A DNA stretch of 40,951 nt from positions 1 through 40,951 of the forward strand of contig JALAGF010004625.1 in the NCBI GenBank assembly GCA_030167865.1, in the 5' to 3' direction. The position numbers were made by a program, and so were the translations under genes. The notes beneath the pieces are model-generated. The model was not told where the DNA came from and did no database searches. It saw nothing but the letters and a program-made list of their open reading frames with translations. The stretch comes from Craspedostauros australis. Its lineage: Eukaryota. Below, in pieces: positions 32,108 to 40,951 of this stretch; the first letter of the stretch is position 1; each line of letters begins with the position of its first letter.

Positions 32108-35068
32108 ATGTCGATACCCAACATGTGGATGACCACGATGGTCATGGCGTTGCACTGCACTGCAGCCGCCTTCGTCGCACCGTCCCATGCGCGCCGCGTG
32201 ACATTCCTGCAGGTGCAATCGCAAAAGCCGGCTGCGTCCGATGAATTCCTGCGCGACAACATCCACCAGCATCTGGAGTCTTCGATGCCGCCGGAGAGCG
32301 TCTCCTTTTGTTTCTCGGAGGTGCTGCCGCAGTCAGTCGCGTCGGAGCGTCATGTTGGTGCGGACGGCGATGGTGTTTCTGCCTCTGATGCAGCTTCTGC
32401 TGATGCTGATGGTTCTGCAGCTGACGATGATTCAACCCTGGAGGACAATGGCAATGTTCAGAACATTGCAGACAATGTGGACACTCGCCATGCTGCGAGC
32501 GACGAATCAGAAAGCGGCCAGACGCAAAGGATGCCGTCCGATGCACCGCCTTCGTTGGTTGTGGGAGACCTGGTGGGCAGCGGGTCGTACGGAACCGTGC
32601 GCTACCTCCACTTGGTCAAGGACGATGGCGCTGCGTTGCAGACCTTCATCGGCAAGCGGCCATGGACGCAGTCCGAGTGTCTGCAGCATCTGCGGAACCC
32701 GCCGCAATCCCAGCGCAGCGCCATCCAGTCCACCTCCGTGCAGCAGCCGCAAGCCAAGCGCAACCAAGACCTCGTCAAGCAATCGAAGCAGCGCCATCAA
32801 CGCTGCCAGCATTACTGGGAGGTCGAACGGCAGGCCTACATCACGCTCGCGGACCATCCCAACCTGCCGACGTATCGCGGCGTCAACGCCACCGTCGATC
32901 CCGAGACGCAACAATCGCACGAATGGATGCTCTTTGATGTCATTCCTGACACCACAGGTCAGCACCGCACGGCCATGTCCGTCAAGCATCACATGGAGCA
33001 CGGCACGTTGCAGCAGGCCCTGTCCAAGTCGGGCTCCTTTGAGGAGATGTGCCGATCGCTCATTTATCAGCTCCTCACCATCGCCAAAGACATTCACTCG
33101 CACGGCATCATCCATCGCGACATCAAGCCCGACAACCTCCTCATCTCCAACTTCACCCTCTACCTCATCGACTTTGGCTCCGCCGCGGACCTATCCCAGC
33201 AGCAGAAGAACAACAAATCGCCCTTCCGCTTTCTCATGCAGGACAACGTCCTCGCCGTCTCGCCTCTCTACACGCCGCCCGAAGTCTACAACCCACTCAT
33301 CGACATGAACAGCAAGGCCAACCTGCCGCACCAACCAAAATTCGACATCTACTCCATCGGCATGGTCGCCTGTCAGATCATCTTCAACCTCTTCCAGGAC
33401 GAGTCCGACGCCAGCTTCCACCAGCAGGTCCAAAAGCACGACTACGATCTCAACCTCTGGCTCCTCTACGAGCTCGGCAGCGTCAACCTGCGTCCCCACG
33501 GCGTGCGCCACGCCATCTTCGAGACGGATCTCTTTCACGACGGATTGTGGAAATTGCTGTGCCGCATGATCCAGAAGGATTTCACGCAACGCCCCACGGC
33601 CCAACAGGCGTTGGCGCTGCCGCACGACGACGACGACCCATTCTTCACAAGGCTCCTGCAAGAATCCGAATACTGCACGACGACGGCGAGTCGCCCGCTG
33701 CATTTCGTCGCGACCTTTTCCAAGGCGGAGTCGTTCGGATTGATCTTGTCCGAGCCCGATGACGCCGACGATGCCTTGTGGCAGCAGGCATGTCGCAGCG
33801 CGCAGGATGGTGAAGTCCTCGTCAAGGAAGTTATGCCCAACACGCAGGCGTCCACGATGAACTGTTTTCAGATCGGGGATCGGCTGCGCGGCGTGGGGGA
33901 ATTTCCGTTTTCGAATGGCGGGTTTGAGCAGGTTTTGACGATGGTACGTTGTGTGGTTGCGAGGCGTGTGGTTGCTACTGCTGTTGTTGCTACTGCTGTT
34001 GTTTCGTGTCGGTGATTTGCATCGCGATTCCTGACACTTCTCTACTCGTACTATCACTATGAATTGCAGCTCTCCGAGATTCCCTCGCGCAACGTCAAGT
34101 TACACTTTGATCGATTGTCTGTCCGCACTGTAACGGCAACATCCGACGAGACCGATGCTCCTGCCAAAGAAATCCACGTGGCCGACTACGGAGCGTGGTC
34201 CTCCATCGGCAAGCGCTCGTCGCAAGAAGATGCCTACATTCTGCATGAGATACAGGACGAAGATCAGTCCGTCTTGCTCGCAGGCGTCCTCGACGGGCAT
34301 GGTGGATCGGTGGCGTCCAACATGGTCTCGGAAACCTTGCCCAGCATCCTGTCCAACCAACTGCTCTTCCAAAATCAACGGCATGGGCACCTCAAGGATG
34401 CGTTGGACCACAGCTGGGAGCATGTCTGCGACATGTACCGATCCCAATGCGTCGCCAGTGCGAGCGGCAACGCCGATGATGATGACACTTGCATGGCGCC
34501 CTACGACGCCCGCGAAGGCATCCTCGATGCCAACATCGGCGGTGTCATGGCCGGCACCACGGCTTCCATTCTCGCCTTGGACGAGCATGAGGGCAAGGCC
34601 AGCCTGCTCAACTGCGGCGACTCGCGATCGATGATCATCTCACCCTCCGGCGACGTCCACTTCGCCACGCAAGACCACACGCCGCAGGACGACATTGCGC
34701 GCCTCCAAAAGGGCATCGACGACGGACTCGACTACGCCCTGCCGCAGTGCAACCTCTCGCGATGGTGGGTGACCGTCGGCGAGTACGAATACGGCGTGAG
34801 CCGCAGCCTCGAAGGACCGTTGGCCACGTCAAAGGGCATCGTCAGCGACGCCGACGTCGTCACCCGCGCCGTGCTGCCGGGCATGATCGTCGTGGCTGCG
34901 ACGGACGGTTTGTGGAATGTCATGGACTCCGTCGAGGTCGCGCGCGATCTGCACAAGCTGCGGCATGAGATGAAACAGTCAGCGCGCGATGCCGCGCACA
35001 CGTTATCATCGATGGCATTGCAGAAGGGGTCCGATGACAACGTCAGCGCGGTCGTTGTGTATTTGTAG
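32108..35068 (+). CDS. Plastid-targeted Ser/Thr kinase - PDZ-like - PP2C phosphatase fusion protein, ~944 aa; exons 32108-33943 and 34070-35068
   Basis: Presequence ...ALHCTAAA|FVAPSHARR. Kinase motifs GSGSYG, FIGKR, HRDIKPDN, DFG, PPE, DIYSIG. PDZ-like SFGLIL...VKEVMPNTQA...IGDRLRGVG...FEQVLTM|LSEIPSRNVKLHFDR. PP2C motifs RSSQED, DGHGG, GTTA, NCGDSR, TQDH, ATDGLW, GSDDNVS. Phase-0 intron atg|gtacgt...ttgcag|ctc. Confidence 0.88.
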
Positions 35069-35717
35069 ACGTGTGCTTGCAAATGTAGAATATATTGGAA
35101 TGGGGGGACACGATACACACACGCACACAGACACAGACTATAATGCATAGAAGATATATGAGGGCAACAGGTACGTGGAAAGCATGCAAGCATTAGATTG
35201 CTCGCCAATGGTGGGCCAAACAAACTGAAATGATCCGCTCCGAAATCAATCGCTGGAAACCTCAACTAATGCAATTACGCCGCACCTTTCACAATAGACC
35301 AAATACTGTTCGTCAAAGCAGGTCTATAAATCTGAATCTTTTGGTGATGTGAAGTTGGCGGGACTCGCTGCGTTCATAAATCTCAACACGTGTATCCTTG
35401 AAGCCGTTCTGATTCCATCATGCAGGATTCGGGCGAAGATCGATGGAACCTGTGTTTCTCACATCAACTGGCCATCAAACCCTAAAATGCAAACTGATGG
35501 TTGCATGCAACAGTTGTGGTGCTTTGCGTTGTGTGACTGCCATGCTTCATTGCTGCCCAGATGCTGTCTCCGCACTGCAATCAATTCTTCCAACTCCTGC
35601 GATGAATGAGCTCATAATCCGCAACTCGACCAGTTCTCAACACTCTTTCAACAAGCACAACAAGCACAATCACAATCACAACACGTTTTCCAACAACAAA
35701 TCCAACCCTTCACAACA

Positions 35718-36728
35718 ATGAAGTTCACCAACGCATTCCAACTCCTCTCCACCATGGCCGTCGTCGCCCTCAACAGCGCCCAGGCCTCCGATGACACCGC
35801 CAAGGTCTCGTCTGGAGTCGTCGTGAGCGACGTCATTGACATCGACAACAGCGGAGATCGCAAGTTCAGCAACTACCAGTACCAGTCCTACCACTCCCAA
35901 TCCGCATCCGGCACCGACAGTTGCTGCGACAATGTCGTCATGATCAACGTCGGCACCACCATGGTGGTCACCGACTATCAACTCATGTCCCAGAAGATCG
36001 TGGAGGAGGACCCCAACCAATCCACCGTCGTCTTCATGATGGACAACCGTGCCGGCAATCCCATCAAGCAGAACTCCGAAGACTTCATCCATCTCACAAA
36101 CACAATCTCCTCTGATATCACCAACATCTTGCCGGACTGTTGCCTCAGCCAGCCCAAGAACGGATACTTGCTCGGCGGCCATTCCGCTGGAGGACAGGCC
36201 GCTGTTGACGCCATCTCCGAACTTGCCGGGCCTGGTCCGCACGATGAGGAGTTCGGATTCACCGTCGCCGGATACCTCGGACTGTCCGCCTTCGACGTCT
36301 CGAAGAATCCAACCGATATCAACGTTCCCAGCATGTCGTGGGACTTCAACGAAAACACTTGTGGCGTGGCACCCGAAAACTCCGGTTTCGCAGCCTACGA
36401 GGGATCCAAGAAAGACCAGCGCATTCTTTACGAGGTGCACATCGAAGATCTCAAGACTTCCAATGGCATGCACTGCACCTTCACGGACAGCGGCTGCTTT
36501 GCCAGCTTCATCTGCGGAAAGAATGCCGATCAGCGCCCATGGATCCACCAAGCCGTCGGTGAGAGCGTGAACAAACTCTTCGCCCACGTGGTCGGCCAGC
36601 CATCCTTCTCCAAATCTGACATGGAGCTGTCCTCCACAGGGTTGCCGACGACCCTCTTCGTCAACCAGGAGTCTCCATCTTCGCAGTTTGCCGAGGCCCC
36701 CCATGGTTTCCAACCTGCCCTAGCCTAA
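35718..36728 (+). CDS. Secreted alpha/beta hydrolase, chlorophyllase-like fold, copy 1 (336 aa)
   Basis: Signal peptide MKFTNAFQLLSTMAVVALNSAQA; nucleophile elbow GGHSAGG; late His motif MHCTFTD; several conserved Cys. Confidence 0.82.
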   Translation: MKFTNAFQLLSTMAVVALNSAQASDDTAKVSSGVVVSDVIDIDNSGDRKFSNYQYQSYHSQSASGTDSCCDNVVMINVGTTMVVTDYQLMSQKIVEEDPNQSTVVFMMDNRAGNPIKQNSEDFIHLTNTISSDITNILPDCCLSQPKNGYLLGGHSAGGQAAVDAISELAGPGPHDEEFGFTVAGYLGLSAFDVSKNPTDINVPSMSWDFNENTCGVAPENSGFAAYEGSKKDQRILYEVHIEDLKTSNGMHCTFTDSGCFASFICGKNADQRPWIHQAVGESVNKLFAHVVGQPSFSKSDMELSSTGLPTTLFVNQESPSSQFAEAPHGFQPALA

Positions 36729-37475
36729 TTGCTTCATGTGACGACGACATCAACGCCGATGATGGCGCGGGGAGGAGATGCTTGGCTGGAACGCATTGGC
36801 TCATTGGGCAGGTAGATAGATAGAAAGAGAAACATGGAACAGAGAGAAGTGACAGGCTCACCAATACTTGCATGGCAAAGATTCATAAATAGCGCAAACG
36901 TACCATATTCACATCATCACCGTTGTACTTGTAGAAGTGTCGTACCAATGCAAATGGTACCCAGCACGCAACCGCACAAGTTCGTGAACGACACAGGCGC
37001 CTTCCTCTCTGCAGGAGCACTCCTTTCGCGAGCGAAAGATTCGTTCAACGACTCTGACGTTGCCTGGCCTTTGGTTGTTGTTCTAACTCACCGCAGCTCC
37101 AGTGGGCGCTCCACCTGGTTCGCCGACAGAACACCATAAATCTGAAGTTGTCGCAAAAGACTATCAACAGGTTCGTTGCGATCATAAATCTCAGCAACCG
37201 TATCTTTCGAATTTATGATTCCTCTGTGCAGGATTCATGTTGAGGAAAGTGAAGATCTTGGCTCGTTTCTCACATCGACTTGACATCAAACCCGAAAATG
37301 CGAACTTCCAATGTTTGTGTGGCTTGACTGTTTGTTTGTCTGCGGATGATGCGCTGCTCGGTTGCTTCTGGATGGTCCTATTGCCGATGGCTGATCTGTT
37401 TGAGTTCCTCACAATCCGAACCTCGGCCCAGTTCACAACAACCCCCTCCAACAACAAATCCAACCCTTCGCAACC

Positions 37476-38495
37476 ATGAAGTTCACCAACACTCTCCAAC
37501 TCCTCGCCACCATGGCCATCGTCGCTTGCAACGGCGCACAGGCCTCCGATGATACCTCCAACGTCTCGTCGGGTGTGGTGGTGGGCGACGTCATCGACAT
37601 CAACAACTTCGCAAACCCCAAGTACGCTAACTACCAGTATCAGACGTACCATTCCGAGACCTCCAGCGGCACCGAAAGTTGCTGCGACAACGTCGTCTTC
37701 ATCAACGTTGGTACTGCCATGGGAGTCACCAGCTACCAACTCTTGTCCCAGAAGATCGTCGAGGAGGACCCCAACCAATCCACCGTCGCCATCATGATCG
37801 ACAACAACGCTGGGTTTCTCAAAATCGTCAAGACATCCTCAGTCGACTACATCCATCTCACGAACCTCATCTCATCTGATATCACCGGAATCTTGCCGGA
37901 ATGCTGCCTCAGCCAGCCCAAGAACGGATACTTGCTCGGTGGCCATTCCGCCGGAGGACAGGCCGCCGTTGACGCCATCTCCGAACTTGCCGGGCCTGGT
38001 CCGCACGATGAAGAGTTCGAATTCACCGTCGCCGGATACCTCGGACTCTCTTCCTACGACGTCGCGAAGAATCCAACCGATATCAACGTTCCCAGCATGT
38101 CGTGGGACTTCGATATGATGACCTGCTTCGTGGGTCCCAACCACTCGGGCATCCCAGCGTACGAGGGATCCGAGACCGACAACCGCATCCTTTACGAAGT
38201 GCATCTCGAAGGTCTTGAGACCGCGAGTGGCATGCACTGTGCCTTCACAGATGACGGGTGCTTCACCGCCCTCGTTTGCGGTCTCAACGCCGATCAGCGC
38301 CCATGGATCCACCAGGCCGTCGGTGAGAGCGTGAACAAGCTCTTCACCCACGTGGTCGGCCAGCCATCCTTCTCCAAATCTGACATGGAGCTCTCTTCCA
38401 CAGGCTTGCCCACCACTCTGTACGTCAACGCGGACCCCGCACCTTCCTTGGACTTCGCCGAGGCTGTCCAAGGCCTCCGAACCGCACAGGCCTGA
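37476..38495 (+). CDS. Secreted alpha/beta hydrolase, chlorophyllase-like fold, copy 2 (339 aa), tandem paralogue of 35718-36728
   Basis: Same signal peptide, GGHSAGG and MHCAFTD motifs; long blocks identical to copy 1. Confidence 0.82.
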   Translation: MKFTNTLQLLATMAIVACNGAQASDDTSNVSSGVVVGDVIDINNFANPKYANYQYQTYHSETSSGTESCCDNVVFINVGTAMGVTSYQLLSQKIVEEDPNQSTVAIMIDNNAGFLKIVKTSSVDYIHLTNLISSDITGILPECCLSQPKNGYLLGGHSAGGQAAVDAISELAGPGPHDEEFEFTVAGYLGLSSYDVAKNPTDINVPSMSWDFDMMTCFVGPNHSGIPAYEGSETDNRILYEVHLEGLETASGMHCAFTDDGCFTALVCGLNADQRPWIHQAVGESVNKLFTHVVGQPSFSKSDMELSSTGLPTTLYVNADPAPSLDFAEAVQGLRTAQA

Positions 38496-39356
38496 TTTGG
38501 CATCTCGGATTGCGGTCAGTTGGCAACGGTGATGCGATGGGGAGGAGAAGCTGGGCAGAACTGCCGCGATGCTGGTAGATTGACCAGAGTACGCCAGAAT
38601 TAGCACCGTCGTCAGCGTCAATTACGCAGACCACTTTGCAGAAACTACCTAACGATAGCGGAATCATTTAAGGTTTCCACTCTTGGTCACAACAGGACGC
38701 AACGTTGCTGCTCTCCAGTTTCTCGTTGCATTGAAGATGTTGCCTTGATTCTCATACGAGCTACAGACCCATACAGCCTCTTGGCCGTCGACAATCAAAA
38801 CCTATCAACAATGCATAATAACATCAACTCTTTCATTGTGCGCACTTTGATATGGTCGTTCCTGCCAGTATCGTGATGATACTTGCATACCAGAGCAGAG
38901 TTGCCGTGTTCTGGTATTGTTGAACGCCGGTCACAACAGCGGCATCGGAGGTATCCATTCGAACACTGCTGATCCAATGCGGCCAACATTTTGTGTTCAA
39001 TCGTGGATCCGAGCGAAGGTCAGACCTTGTGCCTGAGCCTTGAGTGACACATCAATCCGCTCACAAACTCCGCGGATGACGCGTTCGTGGAACTGAGAGG
39101 ATTCCGCTGTCAGGCCACGCACTTTTCTCTTTCTGTGGTTCTCCCTCCAACCAACCAAAAGATGAGAAAGACTGGCATTCACACAAGAACAACGTGCGAG
39201 TGCCACAATGGCACGAGACTACCTACACCATCTCCATCATTCCTGCCAGACATTATGGCTCGTACACCAGACATCGTAGCCACACAACCAGAAAGGTGTC
39301 GGCAAAGATAGGAAGACCAACAGCAACCGCAACAGCAAAGAGAGAAGGAAACAACG

Positions 39357-40951
39357 ATGTCCTCCGAAACGACTCCATTGTACAAGGCACTTCCAACACA
39401 CTACGACTCCAGTCCCAATGATGGCATCGGTGGAAGCTCCGGCAAGTATGTCAAGAACGACACATACCGCAGCAGCGGAATCACCAGCATCACTGCGATG
39501 AGCAGCAGAGCTGAGAGCGATGTCATGGAGATCGATATTGATGACGCCATCGGCATGATCGGAATGGGACGATTCCAGTTCGAGGTTTTGGTCTCGGCAG
39601 GCCTCTGTTTCGCATCGGATGCCATCGAGATCATGCTGCTGTCATTCCTCACCGTCGTGCTCACCGCTGAGTGGAATCTCACCGAACGAGAGATGGACAC
39701 TGTGGTATCCGTCGTCTTCGCCGGTGCGATGATGGGGACTTTCGTTCTCGGAACCCTGGCAGATCGCATTGGTCGGAGGCCGGTGTGCTTGGTGACTGCC
39801 GTCATCGTGTCCGCCTTTGGCGTCCTCTCGGCTTTCGTCAACGATATTGGATGGTTCTACGTCGCTCGCTTCATGGTCGGCTTCGGGACAGGCGGAGGAA
39901 CGGTGCCATTCGATATCTTCGCAGAATTCATCCCAACAACGAATCGGGGTATGAATCTGTTGTACATTGAGCTATTCTGGGCATTGGGATCCTTGCTGAC
40001 ACCGCTGATCGCCATGTGGACCCTCGGAGATGGTGAAGCTGATGGAGGCTCATGGAGATTGATGGTCATCTGCTGTGCCGTTCCCTGTGTGGTATCGATG
40101 ATTCTGGGATTTTGGCTCGTGCCGGAATCACCACGCTGGCTTCTGACCCAGGGCCGACATGAGGAAGCCTTGGTCGTGTTGAGGCATGCGGCCGACAAGA
40201 ATGGGAAGGATGGGAAGACGATGTTCCCCGACGATGTCGTGATCACGCACGACGAAGAAGAGTCAACTGATGACGACTCTTGTTTGAAGCTGCTGTCACC
40301 CAAGTGGTTCAAGTTCACCATGCAGCTATTTGCCTTGTGGATCGGATCGTCCTTCCTTTACTATGGTGGTATCCTGTTGGTCGCCATGGAATTCTCGAAC
40401 GCTCGCGAGACCCTTCAAAGCGGCAATGCGTCTGCCCTTGATGGCAGCGCTGACGATTCATATGGCTTTGACTACAACGCCATCTTCATCAGCGGATCCG
40501 CTGAAGTCTTCGGGGTATTCGCTGCCATGTCCACCATCGACAAATTGGGAAGGGTGGCAACCCAGTCCTCAGCTTTCATCCTGGGCAGCATTGCGTGCGT
40601 GCTGTTGGCCGTCATGAGCGAATCCATGTCGAAGGCTGGGATGGTGACGCTGGCCTTCCTCGTGAGATTCTTCATGCTGGCCGGGAACTGCTCGACCTGG
40701 GTGTTCACACCGGAGCTGCTACCGACGGATATCCGAGCGACAGGGACTAGCGCCGCCAATGCCGCTGGTCGCGTGGGTGCATCCGTCGTTCCGTACTTCG
40801 TCACGCCGGGTATGGCGCCATCCAGCATCGGCATGGTCATGATGGGCATGAGCGTGTTCACATGCTTCGTGTGTGCACTGCTGCCGGAGACTAGTGGCAG
40901 AGCATTGGGCGAAGCCACGCATGGAGATGATCGCATGGTGAAGGATGGCAG
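39357..40951 (+). CDS. MFS transporter, SV2/SVOP-like (sugar/organic cation porter-related); 3' end beyond the window
   Basis: Translated by hand from ATG 39357; absent from the ORF track, presumably because no stop occurs in the window. IDDAIGMIGMGRFQ, DAIEIMLLSFL, MFS motif A GTLADRIGRRP, ARFMVGFG, AEFIPTTNRG, PESPRWL, DKLGR, TPELLPTDIRATG, LPETSGRAL. Confidence 0.92.
   Translation, partial: MSSETTPLYKALPTHYDSSPNDGIGGSSGKYVKNDTYRSSGITSITAMSSRAESDVMEIDIDDAIGMIGMGRFQFEVLVSAGLCFASDAIEIMLLSFLTVVLTAEWNLTEREMDTVVSVVFAGAMMGTFVLGTLADRIGRRPVCLVTAVIVSAFGVLSAFVNDIGWFYVARFMVGFGTGGGTVPFDIFAEFIPTTNRGMNLLYIELFWALGSLLTPLIAMWTLGDGEADGGSWRLMVICCAVPCVVSMILGFWLVPESPRWLLTQGRHEEALVVLRHAADKNGKDGKTMFPDDVVITHDEEESTDDDSCLKLLSPKWFKFTMQLFALWIGSSFLYYGGILLVAMEFSNARETLQSGNASALDGSADDSYGFDYNAIFISGSAEVFGVFAAMSTIDKLGRVATQSSAFILGSIACVLLAVMSESMSKAGMVTLAFLVRFFMLAGNCSTWVFTPELLPTDIRATGTSAANAAGRVGASVVPYFVTPGMAPSSIGMVMMGMSVFTCFVCALLPETSGRALGEATHGDDRMVKDG

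Larger units (their letters stand above)
35326..38585 (+). repeat. Tandem segmental duplication (~35326-36820 and ~37136-38585) covering upstream region, CDS and 3' flank
   Basis: Shared non-coding blocks in the same order: ataaatctgaa, tcataaatctca, tgcaggattc, gtttctcacatc, catcaaacc-aaaatgc, tccaacaacaaatccaacccttc, and downstream ggggaggaga. Boundaries are approximate. Confidence 0.85.

Noticed and set aside
34064-35068. PP2C as a stand-alone gene
   Set aside because: The ORF start is a TTG inside a ttgcag acceptor, no ATG precedes the first PP2C motifs, and the intron joins it in frame to the kinase.
35676-36713. 345-aa minus-strand ORF, with counterparts over copy 2
   Set aside because: Antisense of the hydrolase genes; the similarity between copies reflects the duplication, and the ORF is broken in copy 2.
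1296-40951. The whole window as a functional gene cluster
   Set aside because: Neighbouring genes have unrelated housekeeping roles (trafficking, chromatin, folding, transport). Nothing suggests a co-functional cluster beyond the tandem hydrolase pair.

Overview
Gene-dense eukaryotic nuclear DNA with GT-AG introns. Signal peptide plus F-start transit presequences and the gene repertoire point to a diatom or other photosynthetic stramenopile (inference). I can support 13 protein-coding genes, with exon structures read by hand. In order: NAD(P)-binding Rossmann/epimerase-like protein (-), MsrA-fold protein with a twin-arginine presequence (-), V-ATPase subunit F (+), exportin-4-like protein (-), a 2473-aa low-complexity protein of unknown function (+), AP-4 epsilon (+), prefoldin 4 (-), SIN3 (+), an STI1-like-repeat membrane-anchored protein (+), a plastid-targeted kinase-PDZ-PP2C fusion (+), two tandem secreted alpha/beta hydrolases (+), and an SVOP-like MFS transporter that runs off the window end (+). 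No tRNA, rRNA, CRISPR or intact mobile element is recognisable. The most striking item is the single predicted polypeptide joining an STN7/STN8-like kinase, a PDZ-like domain and a PP2C phosphatase behind a plastid presequence. A second is a recurring GT-rich 5' / CA-rich 3' polarity of introns that mostly lack polypyrimidine tracts. All family assignments come from motif recognition by eye; no searches were run.
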